Below, in pieces: positions 55,443 through 64,000 of a stretch of DNA of 64,000 bases (position 1 is the first letter of the stretch; the number at the start of each line of letters is the position of its first letter). The notes below the pieces were generated by a model. The model saw nothing but the letters and a program-made list of their open reading frames with translations. It ran no database searches and was not told the origin of the DNA. The stretch is from NCBI GenBank assembly GCA_019651595.1, contig BOYQ01000002.1:181912-245911 (forward strand), read 5' to 3'. The position numbers were made by a program, and so were the translations under genes. This DNA is from Candidatus Poseidoniales archaeon (GTDB taxonomy: Archaea > Thermoplasmatota > Poseidoniia > Poseidoniales > Poseidoniaceae).

Positions 55443-57314
55443 TCAAGGGTGCTTGACAATCTCACCGTTGGCATCCTTGTACCACCATTCGTTGGTGGCC
55501 TTGTCGTGGTACCACCAATAGCCGTCCGAGCCCATGACCCAATCGGTTTCCTGTTCGGCCGTCTGGGTTCCGGCGCTCGTCGAGGCAGCGGCGGCGATGC
55601 CGGTCTCCGTTGAAACCGCATCGTAGTCCTCCTCCTCATCGTCGTCCTCGAACTCCGACGAATACTCGTCCCAATCAAATTCAGATTTCGACCCTTGGTT
55701 GACCGTCATGCGACGCATCCAAGCCAGCAGGGAAACCACGACGGCGACCAAAAGAAGACCGGTGATGCTGCCGATGATGGGGTTCACGTCGCCGAAGACC
55801 GTCTCCGAGAAGGAAGGGTCTTCCGCCGTCCGAACCATGATGGTGGGGCCGCTGACGACCATGCCGTTGTCGAGGGTGGCCTCAACCCACTGATAGCCGG
55901 CCTCGGCAGGCTTCCAATCGAGGGCAACCAGACCCAAGGCACCGGCCTCGGCGCTCACATCTCTGCGCTGAATGAGCGTCCTTTCGCCCGCTTCAGTGAC
56001 CGTTTCGAACGTCACTCGGGTTTCACCCTCCAAGGTTCCGATGTTCTCAAATTCGAGTTGAATCGACGTTGTCTCGCCCACTTCCAACAGCAGGCGGGAG
56101 TACGTGAGGGCCGAAGGTGCCACCGTGAATTTGGGTTGCAACCATTCCATGTTCCAGGTCGCCAAGAAGGGGTTGTTCAGGCTACCACCAAGGCCCGTGA
56201 CAGCGTTTCCTGCGAGGTCGCGCCCCGCAATGCTGATCTTCACCTCCATGCGGTCGATGAGCATCTCGTCCGTGATTTCGCTCAGGTTCATGTCGCCGTA
56301 GAGTTCGAGTCGGAGTCCGTCAATGGCTTCACCTTCCAGCGAAAGCGGTTCTCGACCCGACCGAATGACGTCCCCGGTCTCAAAGTCCTCAACCTGCCAG
56401 ACCAACTCGAGCGAAGCCAAATCCAAGCCGCCCAGTTCTTGAACGAGCACCCGAACTTCGTGATTTTCACCGCCAAGGATGGCTCGTGGTCGCGGGGACA
56501 GCACCTCTTGAGGCTCAGGGCCGGTCCCGTCGACGAGGATCCATTTCACGGACGTCGCTTGGTCGGTCAAGTCGGTGCCCTGGCCTTCGAGACAGCCCAC
56601 CTCCCACGTCATGGGCATGGAACCCGAGGTGGCGGGTGCATCGAGAGCGGTGGACCAGACGCCGTCCTTAGCGAGCACGGAGTAGGTTTTGCCGGCGAAC
56701 AAAACGTTGACGTTGCAGTCAAAGTTCGGCACGGTCGAGGTTTCAGCAAAGACCAACCCGCCAGAGATTTCCATCGGTGTGAGCGGTGTAACTCGGGCCC
56801 CGTCGCCGAGGAACGAGCCGCGGGTGAGATGGAGATTGACGCTTTCCTCGGGGATGCTCAAACCGGCCGAGAAACGCCAACGATGCTCGGGGAAGGTGCG
56901 CAGTTCCTCCTGACCTGCACGGTCAACCACCAAAATCGCAGGTTCCCGACGGTTGTCGCCCAAGTCGGGCGTGTTCCAGCCCAGTTGCATTCGGATGTTC
57001 AACACAAGGTCTTCCTCGTACGGGTCAGCGATGCCGTTGGCGCCCAACATGGTGCACTGGTCGATGTGGACGTGCGATGAGGTGGTCGTGCATTCGCCGG
57101 TCTCAAACGCCCATTCGATGCTCATGGCGTCGCTCCCTTGGTTGTTGGCCAGCATGACCTCCACCGTGGAGAGGTCGGAGCCACCGTTGGGTTCGCTGAT
57201 TTTCACGTTCAACTCGTATGGCTGGGCGGGATGCAACCAGGCTTGTCGACCGTCGGTCCACGCAAAGGCGTCAGGAGCGAGTTCGGGTGGACCGTCAACG
57301 GCCAGCTGGTACAT
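55443..57314 (-). CDS. C-terminal part of a ~1,700-aa surface protein: extracellular modules, TM anchor and acidic W-rich cytoplasmic tail
   Basis: Track ORF. Its frame is open upstream of the ATG and joins 57373..60534 through a 1-nt indel at the A4/T4 run 57389-57392 (..GSLGQKVAV / LDGTDPSGYSIQDGGSAEEGEHLFMYQLAVDG..). The TM helix is IIGSITGLLLVAVVVSLLAWM. The tail is RRMTVNQGSKSEFDWDEYSSEFEDDDEEEDYDA..GSDGYWWYHDKATNEWWYKDANGEIVKHP*. Confidence 0.75.
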   Translation of the reverse strand: MYQLAVDGPPELAPDAFAWTDGRQAWLHPAQPYELNVKISEPNGGSDLSTVEVMLANNQGSDAMSIEWAFETGECTTTSSHVHIDQCTMLGANGIADPYEEDLVLNIRMQLGWNTPDLGDNRREPAILVVDRAGQEELRTFPEHRWRFSAGLSIPEESVNLHLTRGSFLGDGARVTPLTPMEISGGLVFAETSTVPNFDCNVNVLFAGKTYSVLAKDGVWSTALDAPATSGSMPMTWEVGCLEGQGTDLTDQATSVKWILVDGTGPEPQEVLSPRPRAILGGENHEVRVLVQELGGLDLASLELVWQVEDFETGDVIRSGREPLSLEGEAIDGLRLELYGDMNLSEITDEMLIDRMEVKISIAGRDLAGNAVTGLGGSLNNPFLATWNMEWLQPKFTVAPSALTYSRLLLEVGETTSIQLEFENIGTLEGETRVTFETVTEAGERTLIQRRDVSAEAGALGLVALDWKPAEAGYQWVEATLDNGMVVSGPTIMVRTAEDPSFSETVFGDVNPIIGSITGLLLVAVVVSLLAWMRRMTVNQGSKSEFDWDEYSSEFEDDDEEEDYDAVSTETGIAAAASTSAGTQTAEQETDWVMGSDGYWWYHDKATNEWWYKDANGEIVKHP

Positions 57315-57372
57315 GAACAGGTGCTCACCTTCTTCGGCGCTGCCCCCGTCTTGAATCGAATAGCCCGAGGGG

Positions 57373-60300
57373 TCAGTGCCGTCGAGGTAAAACGGCGACC
57401 TTCTGACCCAGCGACCCGGCGGTGTCGTCGATCATCAAGGTGTAGACCCCGGTCAGGGCGGTCTGCGAACTGGGCACCAACATGGGCACGGCATGGAATT
57501 CGTCGGCATCGGGCCAACCGTTGAGGTTGGTGTCGTCGACCCACTCCTTCCAGACCATGGCGTCCATGGCACCGGGCAGAACGGGCTGGTCGGCGATGGT
57601 GACTTGCATCACTTGCGTGGGGCTCGGCGTCCGATGGTCGTACCGGTACATCGAGGTCTCCATGACACGAGGCTGAACCGAATCGACCGTGAAGGTCCGG
57701 CTGAGGGAGGCGGGTTCAATCACGCTTGAACCGGCCAGCGCGGTGAGTTCAATCTCCCACGTCACGTCCCCGTAGGTGAACGGAATCGTCTCGGTGAAGT
57801 TCCAGTAAGCACCGTCCAGCGAGGTGGTGTTCCTCACCGCCGTGCCGTCCCGGTAAAGCGTAAGTTCAGCATCGCCGTCAACGAAACCGCGGACATCCGC
57901 CACGTTCTCATAACCGACCATCACCGAGACGTTCATCGTTTCTCCACCTCGAAGGTAGAGACGGGTGGGGTCCATGTCGACACCGTCTTCCGAGAACACC
58001 ACGCTCTTGAGTTCGAGGTCGTTTTCGTAGCCCTGAAGCGCGCCGCTGCCCCACGTGTGAACGAACGGAATCGAGATCACACCGCTTTGCATCACCAGAC
58101 GTGAGGTCGCCGTGAGTTGCTGCTCGTCGTCCCACATCGGGCGCAATCGGAACGTGATGTTGGTGGTCACTCGCATGCCGTCCTCGGTGGTTTCGATGGG
58201 GTTCGTGGGATGGAGCTCCACGAGGGAGGCGTCGCCCAAACCGGCGGGTGCACCGCCGGCATCGGGGAAGAGGAAGGTGGCTTGGTTCGATTTGCTGTAG
58301 ACGTCCAATCGATGATGGGTGATGGACCCGCCAATCACCTGGTACTCCGTAGAAATGGTCTGCCAGGCCTTGGATGGCGTCAGGACGGACGTCGCATCGA
58401 CCATGGCGCCGTTCTGCAACAGAACGGTGCTTGAGGTCTGGAGGCTGACCACTTCAACGGTCAGACCGCCACGTTCTTCCGAGGTGAAGGGAAGAGGAAC
58501 GGCCTGCATGCCACCGACGTTTGCCACGCTGGTTCGTGCTTCGTTTACGCCCATCACGAACGCTGAAGCACTGTCGGCCACCAACCGCTGCGAAGCGTTG
58601 TAGGTGGCGCGAAGGCCACCCAGCACGGTTACACCGTTGCCTGAGACTTCAATGCGGGCTTCGGTGAACGCCGTGCCGAGGACATCAACCGAATTTGCGG
58701 TGTTGGCGAGGGCGGTTGTGAACGCCGTCATTTCACTTCCGTTGAGGTGGAACAAGCCCGCCGTGGTGGCGTTGGTGCTTCGATTGGCCACCAGCGTGTT
58801 CTGAACGAACAGGGCGATTTCGAGAACGGTCCCCGACTGAGCGCCGTAGGCGAAGCCGAAGGACGTCAAATCGTCGGAGGGCACCCACAACCTCGCATCG
58901 CTGGGCGCACCCGACGTCAGGGAGAGTTCCATGCGTTCCTCAGCGTTGGCGAAGCGGTCCTGCCAGCCCCAGGTGCCCACGCGAGCGTCTTCTCCGCCCC
59001 ATTCGTAGCGTTCGTCAAGGTTGAAATCGAGCGTGGGGCGAGCGGGGTGTTGCCCGCCAAACATGTCCAGCGAGAGGTCTTCGACGTTCCAGGCCGTGAA
59101 GTTGCTCATGTTGCCGTCGGCGGGCACGGTTGACACCACGCGAACTTGCATGCCGACCGTGCTTTGGTCGGGCTCGGCCATGTAGGGCAAGGTCACGTTG
59201 GTCCACGGATGGTCCGGATGAGCGCGCACCTGAACCTGCCCGCTGCTCACGGTGCCCTCCAGTTTGGCGTCGTACAGCGGTGCGTTGGCCAGCAGCCAAG
59301 GCGAAGTCAGCGTGGCGTTTGCATCCATGCCCAGCACACCGATGCCGGGGACATAGGTGGCGTTGGAGGTGGTCCAACCACGGGCGGCCGGGTCGGTGAT
59401 GAAGCCTTCCCGGTACGCACCATCACCGGCGATCGAATGCACTTCGGGCATGCCCGCAGCGCTGCCTTTGAACTCGAGGTGGAGGCGGAACTGATCGACC
59501 AGAGCGTGGTCCAGAAGGTTGACGGGAACCACGTGCTCGTTGGAGCCCTGCATGCCAGGGATGACCTCCCCGGCGCTGTTGAGGATGGACCAGTTGAGGT
59601 AGGCGCCTTCGGGGACGTCGGCTTGAATGTACATCGGTGCGTAGGTGTCAGCGGGAAGGAGCTGGGTGGAGCCTGCTCGGTGGCCGAGGGTTGGGCTCGT
59701 CCAGTTGGACTCCGGGGGCGTTGCGATGTGGACGTCGTCAACGAACCAGTAGTCGCAGCAGGTGCTGCTGCCACTGGTTTGGTGGATTCGGAATTGCGAG
59801 TTGGCGTGCAGGGCCGCTGCCGGCAAGGTGGTCATGAATTGGAAGTTGCTGGTCTGGGCTCCTCCACCGCTGAAGGTCTGGAAGACGGTCCAGCCGCCGG
59901 CGGCCGTCTTGTATTGGAACTGCAGGTTTTCACCGCTGTCCGGTGTTTCACCGCAGCCCGAACGGCCTTCGTGAACCCAAGCGTGGAAGGGAACGTTGGC
60001 GCCACCGGCGAGGTTCACCACCGGCGACGTGCCGTAGGTCGAGCCAGCGTAGGTCCGAAGGGAACCTCCTGACGAGCCGTTGATACCGCAAGCCGGGGAG
60101 GTGACTCGAGCGGTGTAGGAATTCTGGAAGGTCCAGCCCTGGTTGTTGGTGTTAAAGTCCCACAGAATACCGGGCGACGAGCCGGTGAGGATGCCGTTGG
60201 ATGCACTGGAGCCGTTGGAGATCGCATCGGGATGGTTCCACATGCTGTCGCTCTCCCATGAAAAACCGGATTGGGTTGGGAGCACCTTGGGCGTGAAGTT

Positions 60301-60534
60301 CATTTCAGCACCGGCGAGAGGCTCGCCGTAGGGCAAATCCAACGTCAGGGCCGAGTTGGGCGTGGTGGTCAACGTGAGGTTGACCTGCTCACCCGCCCCG
60401 GCGTTCCTGACCACGCTTTCATCGGCCAGGACGGCAGGGGCGGTCGTGGCCGGAGCGACCGCATTGAGCCAACTGCTCAACACGAAGAGCACCACCAAGC
60501 CAACGGCCTGTGCATGGCTACGCCTACCCGCCAT
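57373..60534 (-). CDS. N-terminal part of the ~1,700-aa surface protein (signal peptide, MAM/concanavalin-like jelly-roll domain, long beta-rich region)
   Basis: MAGRRSHAQAVGLVVLFVLSSWLNAVAPATTAPAVLA-DES.. is a signal peptide. ..WDFNTNNQGWTFQNSY..GGSLRTYAGSTYGTSPVVNL..NLQFQYKTAAGGWTVFQTF..FRIHQTSGSSTCCDYWFVDDVHI.. resembles a MAM/LamG-type jelly roll. 1,053 aa with no internal frame break. Confidence 0.75.
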   Translation of the reverse strand: MAGRRSHAQAVGLVVLFVLSSWLNAVAPATTAPAVLADESVVRNAGAGEQVNLTLTTTPNSALTLDLPYGEPLAGAEMNFTPKVLPTQSGFSWESDSMWNHPDAISNGSSASNGILTGSSPGILWDFNTNNQGWTFQNSYTARVTSPACGINGSSGGSLRTYAGSTYGTSPVVNLAGGANVPFHAWVHEGRSGCGETPDSGENLQFQYKTAAGGWTVFQTFSGGGAQTSNFQFMTTLPAAALHANSQFRIHQTSGSSTCCDYWFVDDVHIATPPESNWTSPTLGHRAGSTQLLPADTYAPMYIQADVPEGAYLNWSILNSAGEVIPGMQGSNEHVVPVNLLDHALVDQFRLHLEFKGSAAGMPEVHSIAGDGAYREGFITDPAARGWTTSNATYVPGIGVLGMDANATLTSPWLLANAPLYDAKLEGTVSSGQVQVRAHPDHPWTNVTLPYMAEPDQSTVGMQVRVVSTVPADGNMSNFTAWNVEDLSLDMFGGQHPARPTLDFNLDERYEWGGEDARVGTWGWQDRFANAEERMELSLTSGAPSDARLWVPSDDLTSFGFAYGAQSGTVLEIALFVQNTLVANRSTNATTAGLFHLNGSEMTAFTTALANTANSVDVLGTAFTEARIEVSGNGVTVLGGLRATYNASQRLVADSASAFVMGVNEARTSVANVGGMQAVPLPFTSEERGGLTVEVVSLQTSSTVLLQNGAMVDATSVLTPSKAWQTISTEYQVIGGSITHHRLDVYSKSNQATFLFPDAGGAPAGLGDASLVELHPTNPIETTEDGMRVTTNITFRLRPMWDDEQQLTATSRLVMQSGVISIPFVHTWGSGALQGYENDLELKSVVFSEDGVDMDPTRLYLRGGETMNVSVMVGYENVADVRGFVDGDAELTLYRDGTAVRNTTSLDGAYWNFTETIPFTYGDVTWEIELTALAGSSVIEPASLSRTFTVDSVQPRVMETSMYRYDHRTPSPTQVMQVTIADQPVLPGAMDAMVWKEWVDDTNLNGWPDADEFHAVPMLVPSSQTALTGVYTLMIDDTAGSLGQKVAVLPRRH

Positions 60535-60704
60535 GCTTCACGGTGGTCGTTGAAGGACTTGAAGGATGCCCCTTCCGATTTTCCAGCAAACCGGTTGCAA
60601 AGGGGACGCAGGGTCGATACCGTGCGGGGGCTGAACGCCACGAGTTCAAGAAAATGAACAAAATGTGGAGTAGTGTTCAAAACAGGAACCTTGGTGGGCG
60701 AAAC

Positions 60705-63700
60705 ATGGCTCAACCCTCCGCTGCGGGTGAACTGAACGCAGTCGGTTTGGAAACCGCCCTCCTCGAGCAGTGGGCGACCGAGAAGACGTTCCAGGCCTCC
60801 ATCGACAACCGAAGGACACACGCCCCGTTCATCTTCCTCGAGGGCCCCCCCACCGCCAACGGAAAACCAGGCATCCACCACGTCGTTGCTCGCACCTACA
60901 AGGATCTCGTGTGCCGATGGAAGGCGATGGAGGGCTTCCTCGTGGAGCGAAAAGGCGGGTGGGACACCCACGGATTGCCGGTTGAGATCGAGGTCCAGAA
61001 GCGTCTTGATTTGATGAGCAACGAAGCCATTGAAGCCTTCGGCATGGCAGAATTCAATCAAGCCTGCCGTGAATCGGTGTGGACTTACGAGGCCGCCTGG
61101 CGAGAGATGACGGAGCGCATGGCGTATTGGGTCGACCTCGACAACCCCTACGTAACCTTGCACAACGACTACGTCGAATCCTCATGGTGGGCCCTCAAGC
61201 AAATGTTCGACAAAGGCTTGCTGTACCGCGGTCACAAAGTGTTGCCGTATTGCCCACAGACGGGGACGTCCTACTCCAGCCACGAGGTGGCCTTGGGCTA
61301 CAAAGAGGTGGAGGAGCCGTCGGTGTACGTGAAATTCAAACTGACCGACGACGATGCCTCCATCCTCGCTTGGACCACCACGCCCTGGACGCTTCCCGGA
61401 AACGTGGGCCTGGCGGTCGGCCCGGAGGTCACCTACGCCCGATGCCGAATCAAAGAAGCCCCCGGCGATTCATGGACCGGCGCCGGTGGTGCCGACGTGG
61501 GCGAAGAAGTCATCTTGGCCAAGGCGCTGATGAAGGACGTGTTGCGACACCACGTCGAGGTCATCGAAGAATTCCCTGGCTCCGACCTCGTCGGCCGCTC
61601 TTACGAACCCCTCTTCCCGGACGCTGTCCCAAGGGGCGAGTCCACCACCGCTTGGACGGTGCTGGCCGCCGATTGGGTCACGACCACCGACGGCACGGGC
61701 GTGGTCCACACGGCCGTCATGTACGGTGAGGACGACTACAACCTCGGCATGGAAGCAGGGCTTCCTGCGCACCACACCGTGGGCATGGACGGGACCTTCG
61801 TCGCTGGGACCCACCCCGAACTCGACGGCCGATACGTCAAGGGATGCGACGAGGCCATCATCGGCTTGCTCTCCGCACCGGGCGGAAGCAACGGCACCGG
61901 ACCATCAAGCGGGTTGCTCTACCGCGAGAAGGACTACCTCCACGACTACCCGCACTGTTGGCGAACCGACCACCCACTGCTCTACTACGCCATGGATTCG
62001 TGGTTCGTCCGCATGACGGCGGTCAAAGAAAACCTCCTCAAGTTCAACGATCAGGTCGAATGGGCGCCCGATTGGGTGGGCGAAGGTCGCTTCGGTGAGT
62101 GGCTTCGCAACGTCAAAGACTGGGCCATTTCCCGGGAGCGATACTGGGGCACGCCCTTGCCGGTTTGGCGAAGTGAAAGCGGCGAAATGAAGTGCATTGG
62201 CTCCATCAAGGAACTGCAAGACGAGGTGGCCAAGGCGGTGGCTGCAGGCATCGCCAACCCCGAATGCCCCGACGACGTCGACCTCCACCGTCCGGTGGTG
62301 GACGGGTTCACGCTCCTCTCCGACAGCGGCGAGCCCATGACCAGGGAACCCTTTGTCATGGACTGCTGGTTCGATTCCGGGTGCGCCCCCTTTGCCCAGT
62401 GGCACCACCCCTTCGATGAGGAACAGCGATTCAACGCCTCCTTCCCCGTGGATTACATCTGCGAAGGCGTCGACCAAACCCGAGGCTGGTTCTACACGTT
62501 GTTGGCCGTCTCGGCCACCGTCTTTGACGACATGGCCTACAAGCGATGCCTCTCGCTCGGTTTGATTTTGGACGCAGAAGGCAAAAAAATGTCCAAATCG
62601 CGAGGCAACATCGTCGACCCCTGGGACCACTTCAACCGCGAAGGGGCCGACGCCACGCGGTGGTACATGGTGACCGCCGGTGCACCTTGGAACCCGATGA
62701 AATTCGATCCCAACGGTGTGCGGGAGACGTATGCGAAGATGTTCCTCACGATGTGGAACGTCTACAAGTTCCACGCCGATTACGCCGCCCTCGACGGCTT
62801 CGACCCTGAGGCGCAATCCGTTCCCGTCAAAGACCGAAGCGCCCTCGACCGTTGGGTGCTCTCGAGGCTTCACACCGTCGCATCGCAGTACCACGACAAT
62901 TTCACCAACTGGCAGTTCCACAAAGCCTGCAGGGACCTCGAGGATTTCATCGTCAACGACGTGTCGAACTGGTACGTGCGAAGAAGCCGTAAACGACTCT
63001 GGGACGTAGCCGACAGCCACGACAAGTTGGCGTGCCAGCACACGCTTCATGAGGTGCTGGAAACCGTTTGCAAACTGGTCGCTCCTGTATCGCCTTTCAT
63101 GGTGGACCACATCCACCGAAACCTGACGGGCACCAGCGTTCACACCGCGGACTGGCCGCTGGGCGTTCCAGGTGGCCTCGAAGGGGCAACGGCCGATGAC
63201 TGGGACGATGTGGCCGCCAAAGCAACGGCTGTGCTGCCACCGCAAGACCTTGTGCTCGAACGAACGATGGCGCTCGTACGAGAACTGGCCGAAGCCGGTC
63301 GCCGCATTCGCATCGACGCTGGCCGTCGTCAACGGCTGCCGTGCGCCCAAGGGTGGATCGTCGCCGGGCCGGACCTCAGTGAATTCCACGATCTGCTGGC
63401 CGAGGAATTGAACGTTGAATCCATCGAGGTCGAGACCGACCTTGACCGGTTCCAACGCGTTGAACTGGCGCCCAATTTCAGGACGCTCGCGCCAAAAGCA
63501 CGGGCGGACGTGAACAAGGTCGCCGGAGCCATCCGAGAAGCGACCGACCCGGAAGCCCTGCTGGCTTCCATTCACGACGGTGGCGCTGACGTGTTGGGCG
63601 TCTTGGTGGAGGCGACGGACGTTGAAGTCAAACGGGTTGAACGTGAAGGCTTTGCCGCACAAACCGTCGAAACCGAAGGCGATGAACAGCAGCACCAAGT

Positions 63701-63995
63701 CAGTTTGGTGCTCGACATGAACGACACCCCCTCCTTGCTCTCCAAAGGCATGGCGAGGGACATCGTCCGTCGTGTTCAGGCCAAACGCAAGGACCTCGAC
63801 CTCGCCATTGAAGCGACCATCGACCTTGAAATCTGGATGGAACATGCACCTGAAATGATGGCCGGCGACCGGGAATGGGTGGCCACGGAAACTCGAGCGG
63901 CCGCCTGCATCTTCCACGAGAGCGGCACACAGCCCGCAGCCGACAGCGAACGCTTCGAAGTGGACGGCACGACGGTGCACTTCACCGTGAAGTGA
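60705..63995 (+). CDS. ileS: Isoleucyl-tRNA synthetase
   Basis: ..FIFLEGPPTANGKPGIHHVVARTYKD.. is the HIGH-type motif. ..GWDTHGLPVE.., ..CWRTDHPLLYY.. (editing/CP1 context), ..DYICEGVDQTRGWFY.. and ..GKKMSKSRGN.. (KMSKS) are also present. The start was taken at ATG 60705 (MAQPSAAGELNAVGLETALLEQW..); the first 65 codons of the track ORF overlap the divergent gene. Confidence 0.95.
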   Translation: MAQPSAAGELNAVGLETALLEQWATEKTFQASIDNRRTHAPFIFLEGPPTANGKPGIHHVVARTYKDLVCRWKAMEGFLVERKGGWDTHGLPVEIEVQKRLDLMSNEAIEAFGMAEFNQACRESVWTYEAAWREMTERMAYWVDLDNPYVTLHNDYVESSWWALKQMFDKGLLYRGHKVLPYCPQTGTSYSSHEVALGYKEVEEPSVYVKFKLTDDDASILAWTTTPWTLPGNVGLAVGPEVTYARCRIKEAPGDSWTGAGGADVGEEVILAKALMKDVLRHHVEVIEEFPGSDLVGRSYEPLFPDAVPRGESTTAWTVLAADWVTTTDGTGVVHTAVMYGEDDYNLGMEAGLPAHHTVGMDGTFVAGTHPELDGRYVKGCDEAIIGLLSAPGGSNGTGPSSGLLYREKDYLHDYPHCWRTDHPLLYYAMDSWFVRMTAVKENLLKFNDQVEWAPDWVGEGRFGEWLRNVKDWAISRERYWGTPLPVWRSESGEMKCIGSIKELQDEVAKAVAAGIANPECPDDVDLHRPVVDGFTLLSDSGEPMTREPFVMDCWFDSGCAPFAQWHHPFDEEQRFNASFPVDYICEGVDQTRGWFYTLLAVSATVFDDMAYKRCLSLGLILDAEGKKMSKSRGNIVDPWDHFNREGADATRWYMVTAGAPWNPMKFDPNGVRETYAKMFLTMWNVYKFHADYAALDGFDPEAQSVPVKDRSALDRWVLSRLHTVASQYHDNFTNWQFHKACRDLEDFIVNDVSNWYVRRSRKRLWDVADSHDKLACQHTLHEVLETVCKLVAPVSPFMVDHIHRNLTGTSVHTADWPLGVPGGLEGATADDWDDVAAKATAVLPPQDLVLERTMALVRELAEAGRRIRIDAGRRQRLPCAQGWIVAGPDLSEFHDLLAEELNVESIEVETDLDRFQRVELAPNFRTLAPKARADVNKVAGAIREATDPEALLASIHDGGADVLGVLVEATDVEVKRVEREGFAAQTVETEGDEQQHQVSLVLDMNDTPSLLSKGMARDIVRRVQAKRKDLDLAIEATIDLEIWMEHAPEMMAGDREWVATETRAAACIFHESGTQPAADSERFEVDGTTVHFTVK

Positions 63996-64000
63996 GGCCT

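Noticed and set aside
1-64000. Recoding (selenocysteine, pyrrolysine or programmed ribosomal frameshifting) as the cause of interrupted genes
   Set aside because: In every case examined the downstream sequence continues in a different frame, not past an in-frame UGA or UAG. The sites are simple homopolymers without a slippery heptamer or pseudoknot context. There are far too many of them, and they occur in unrelated genes.
1-64000. CRISPR arrays, IS elements, prophage or defence-system genes
   Set aside because: I saw no regularly spaced direct repeats and no cas, transposase, integrase, restriction-modification or other recognisable defence domains in any frame. Scanning 64 kb by eye cannot exclude short or degenerate repeats.

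Overview
GC-rich (about 60% by eye) archaeal chromosomal fragment. Gene content and layout fit an uncultured planktonic euryarchaeote, MG-II/III-like; that assignment is inference only. I saw no rRNA, CRISPR array, integrase or transposase. (i) 1-20.2 kb, all on the minus strand: a secreted beta-helix giant protein of more than 3,680 aa (split into 6 ORF pieces, running off the left edge), a ~1,046-aa C-terminally anchored surface protein, and a MacB/FtsX-type ABC pair with a 1,530-aa permease. (ii) 20.2-33.8 kb, housekeeping and redox genes: MoaD/SAMP-like, TatA, Nob1-like, YqaA-like, tRNA-Glu(UUC), peroxiredoxin, pirin, FMN reductase, glutaredoxin, esterase, lipoprotein, H+-PPase, NifU-like, PolX-PHP and endonuclease III. 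(iii) 33.8-48.0 kb, one co-directional minus-strand block: an archaellum operon (2 archaellins, one unknown gene, FlaF, FlaG, FlaH, FlaI, FlaJ) preceded by a ~1,300-aa CARDB-like surface protein, a 4-TM protein and a coiled-coil/beta-sandwich protein. (iv) 48-64 kb: Bcp, three sugar-modification-type genes, a fused aconitase-X, a TrhO-like rhodanese, NadE, a ~1,700-aa anchored surface protein and IleRS. The main technical feature is at least 35 reading-frame breaks. Where I resolved the junction they sit at short homopolymer runs, and they are clustered (archaellins, 51.8-53.7 kb). Many ORFs in the track are therefore pieces of larger genes, and all long ORFs antisense to these genes are GC-driven shadows. 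The best candidates for undescribed biology are the unassigned genes embedded in and just upstream of the archaellum operon, and the oversized ABC permease linked to giant surface proteins. Both are hypotheses, not demonstrated systems.
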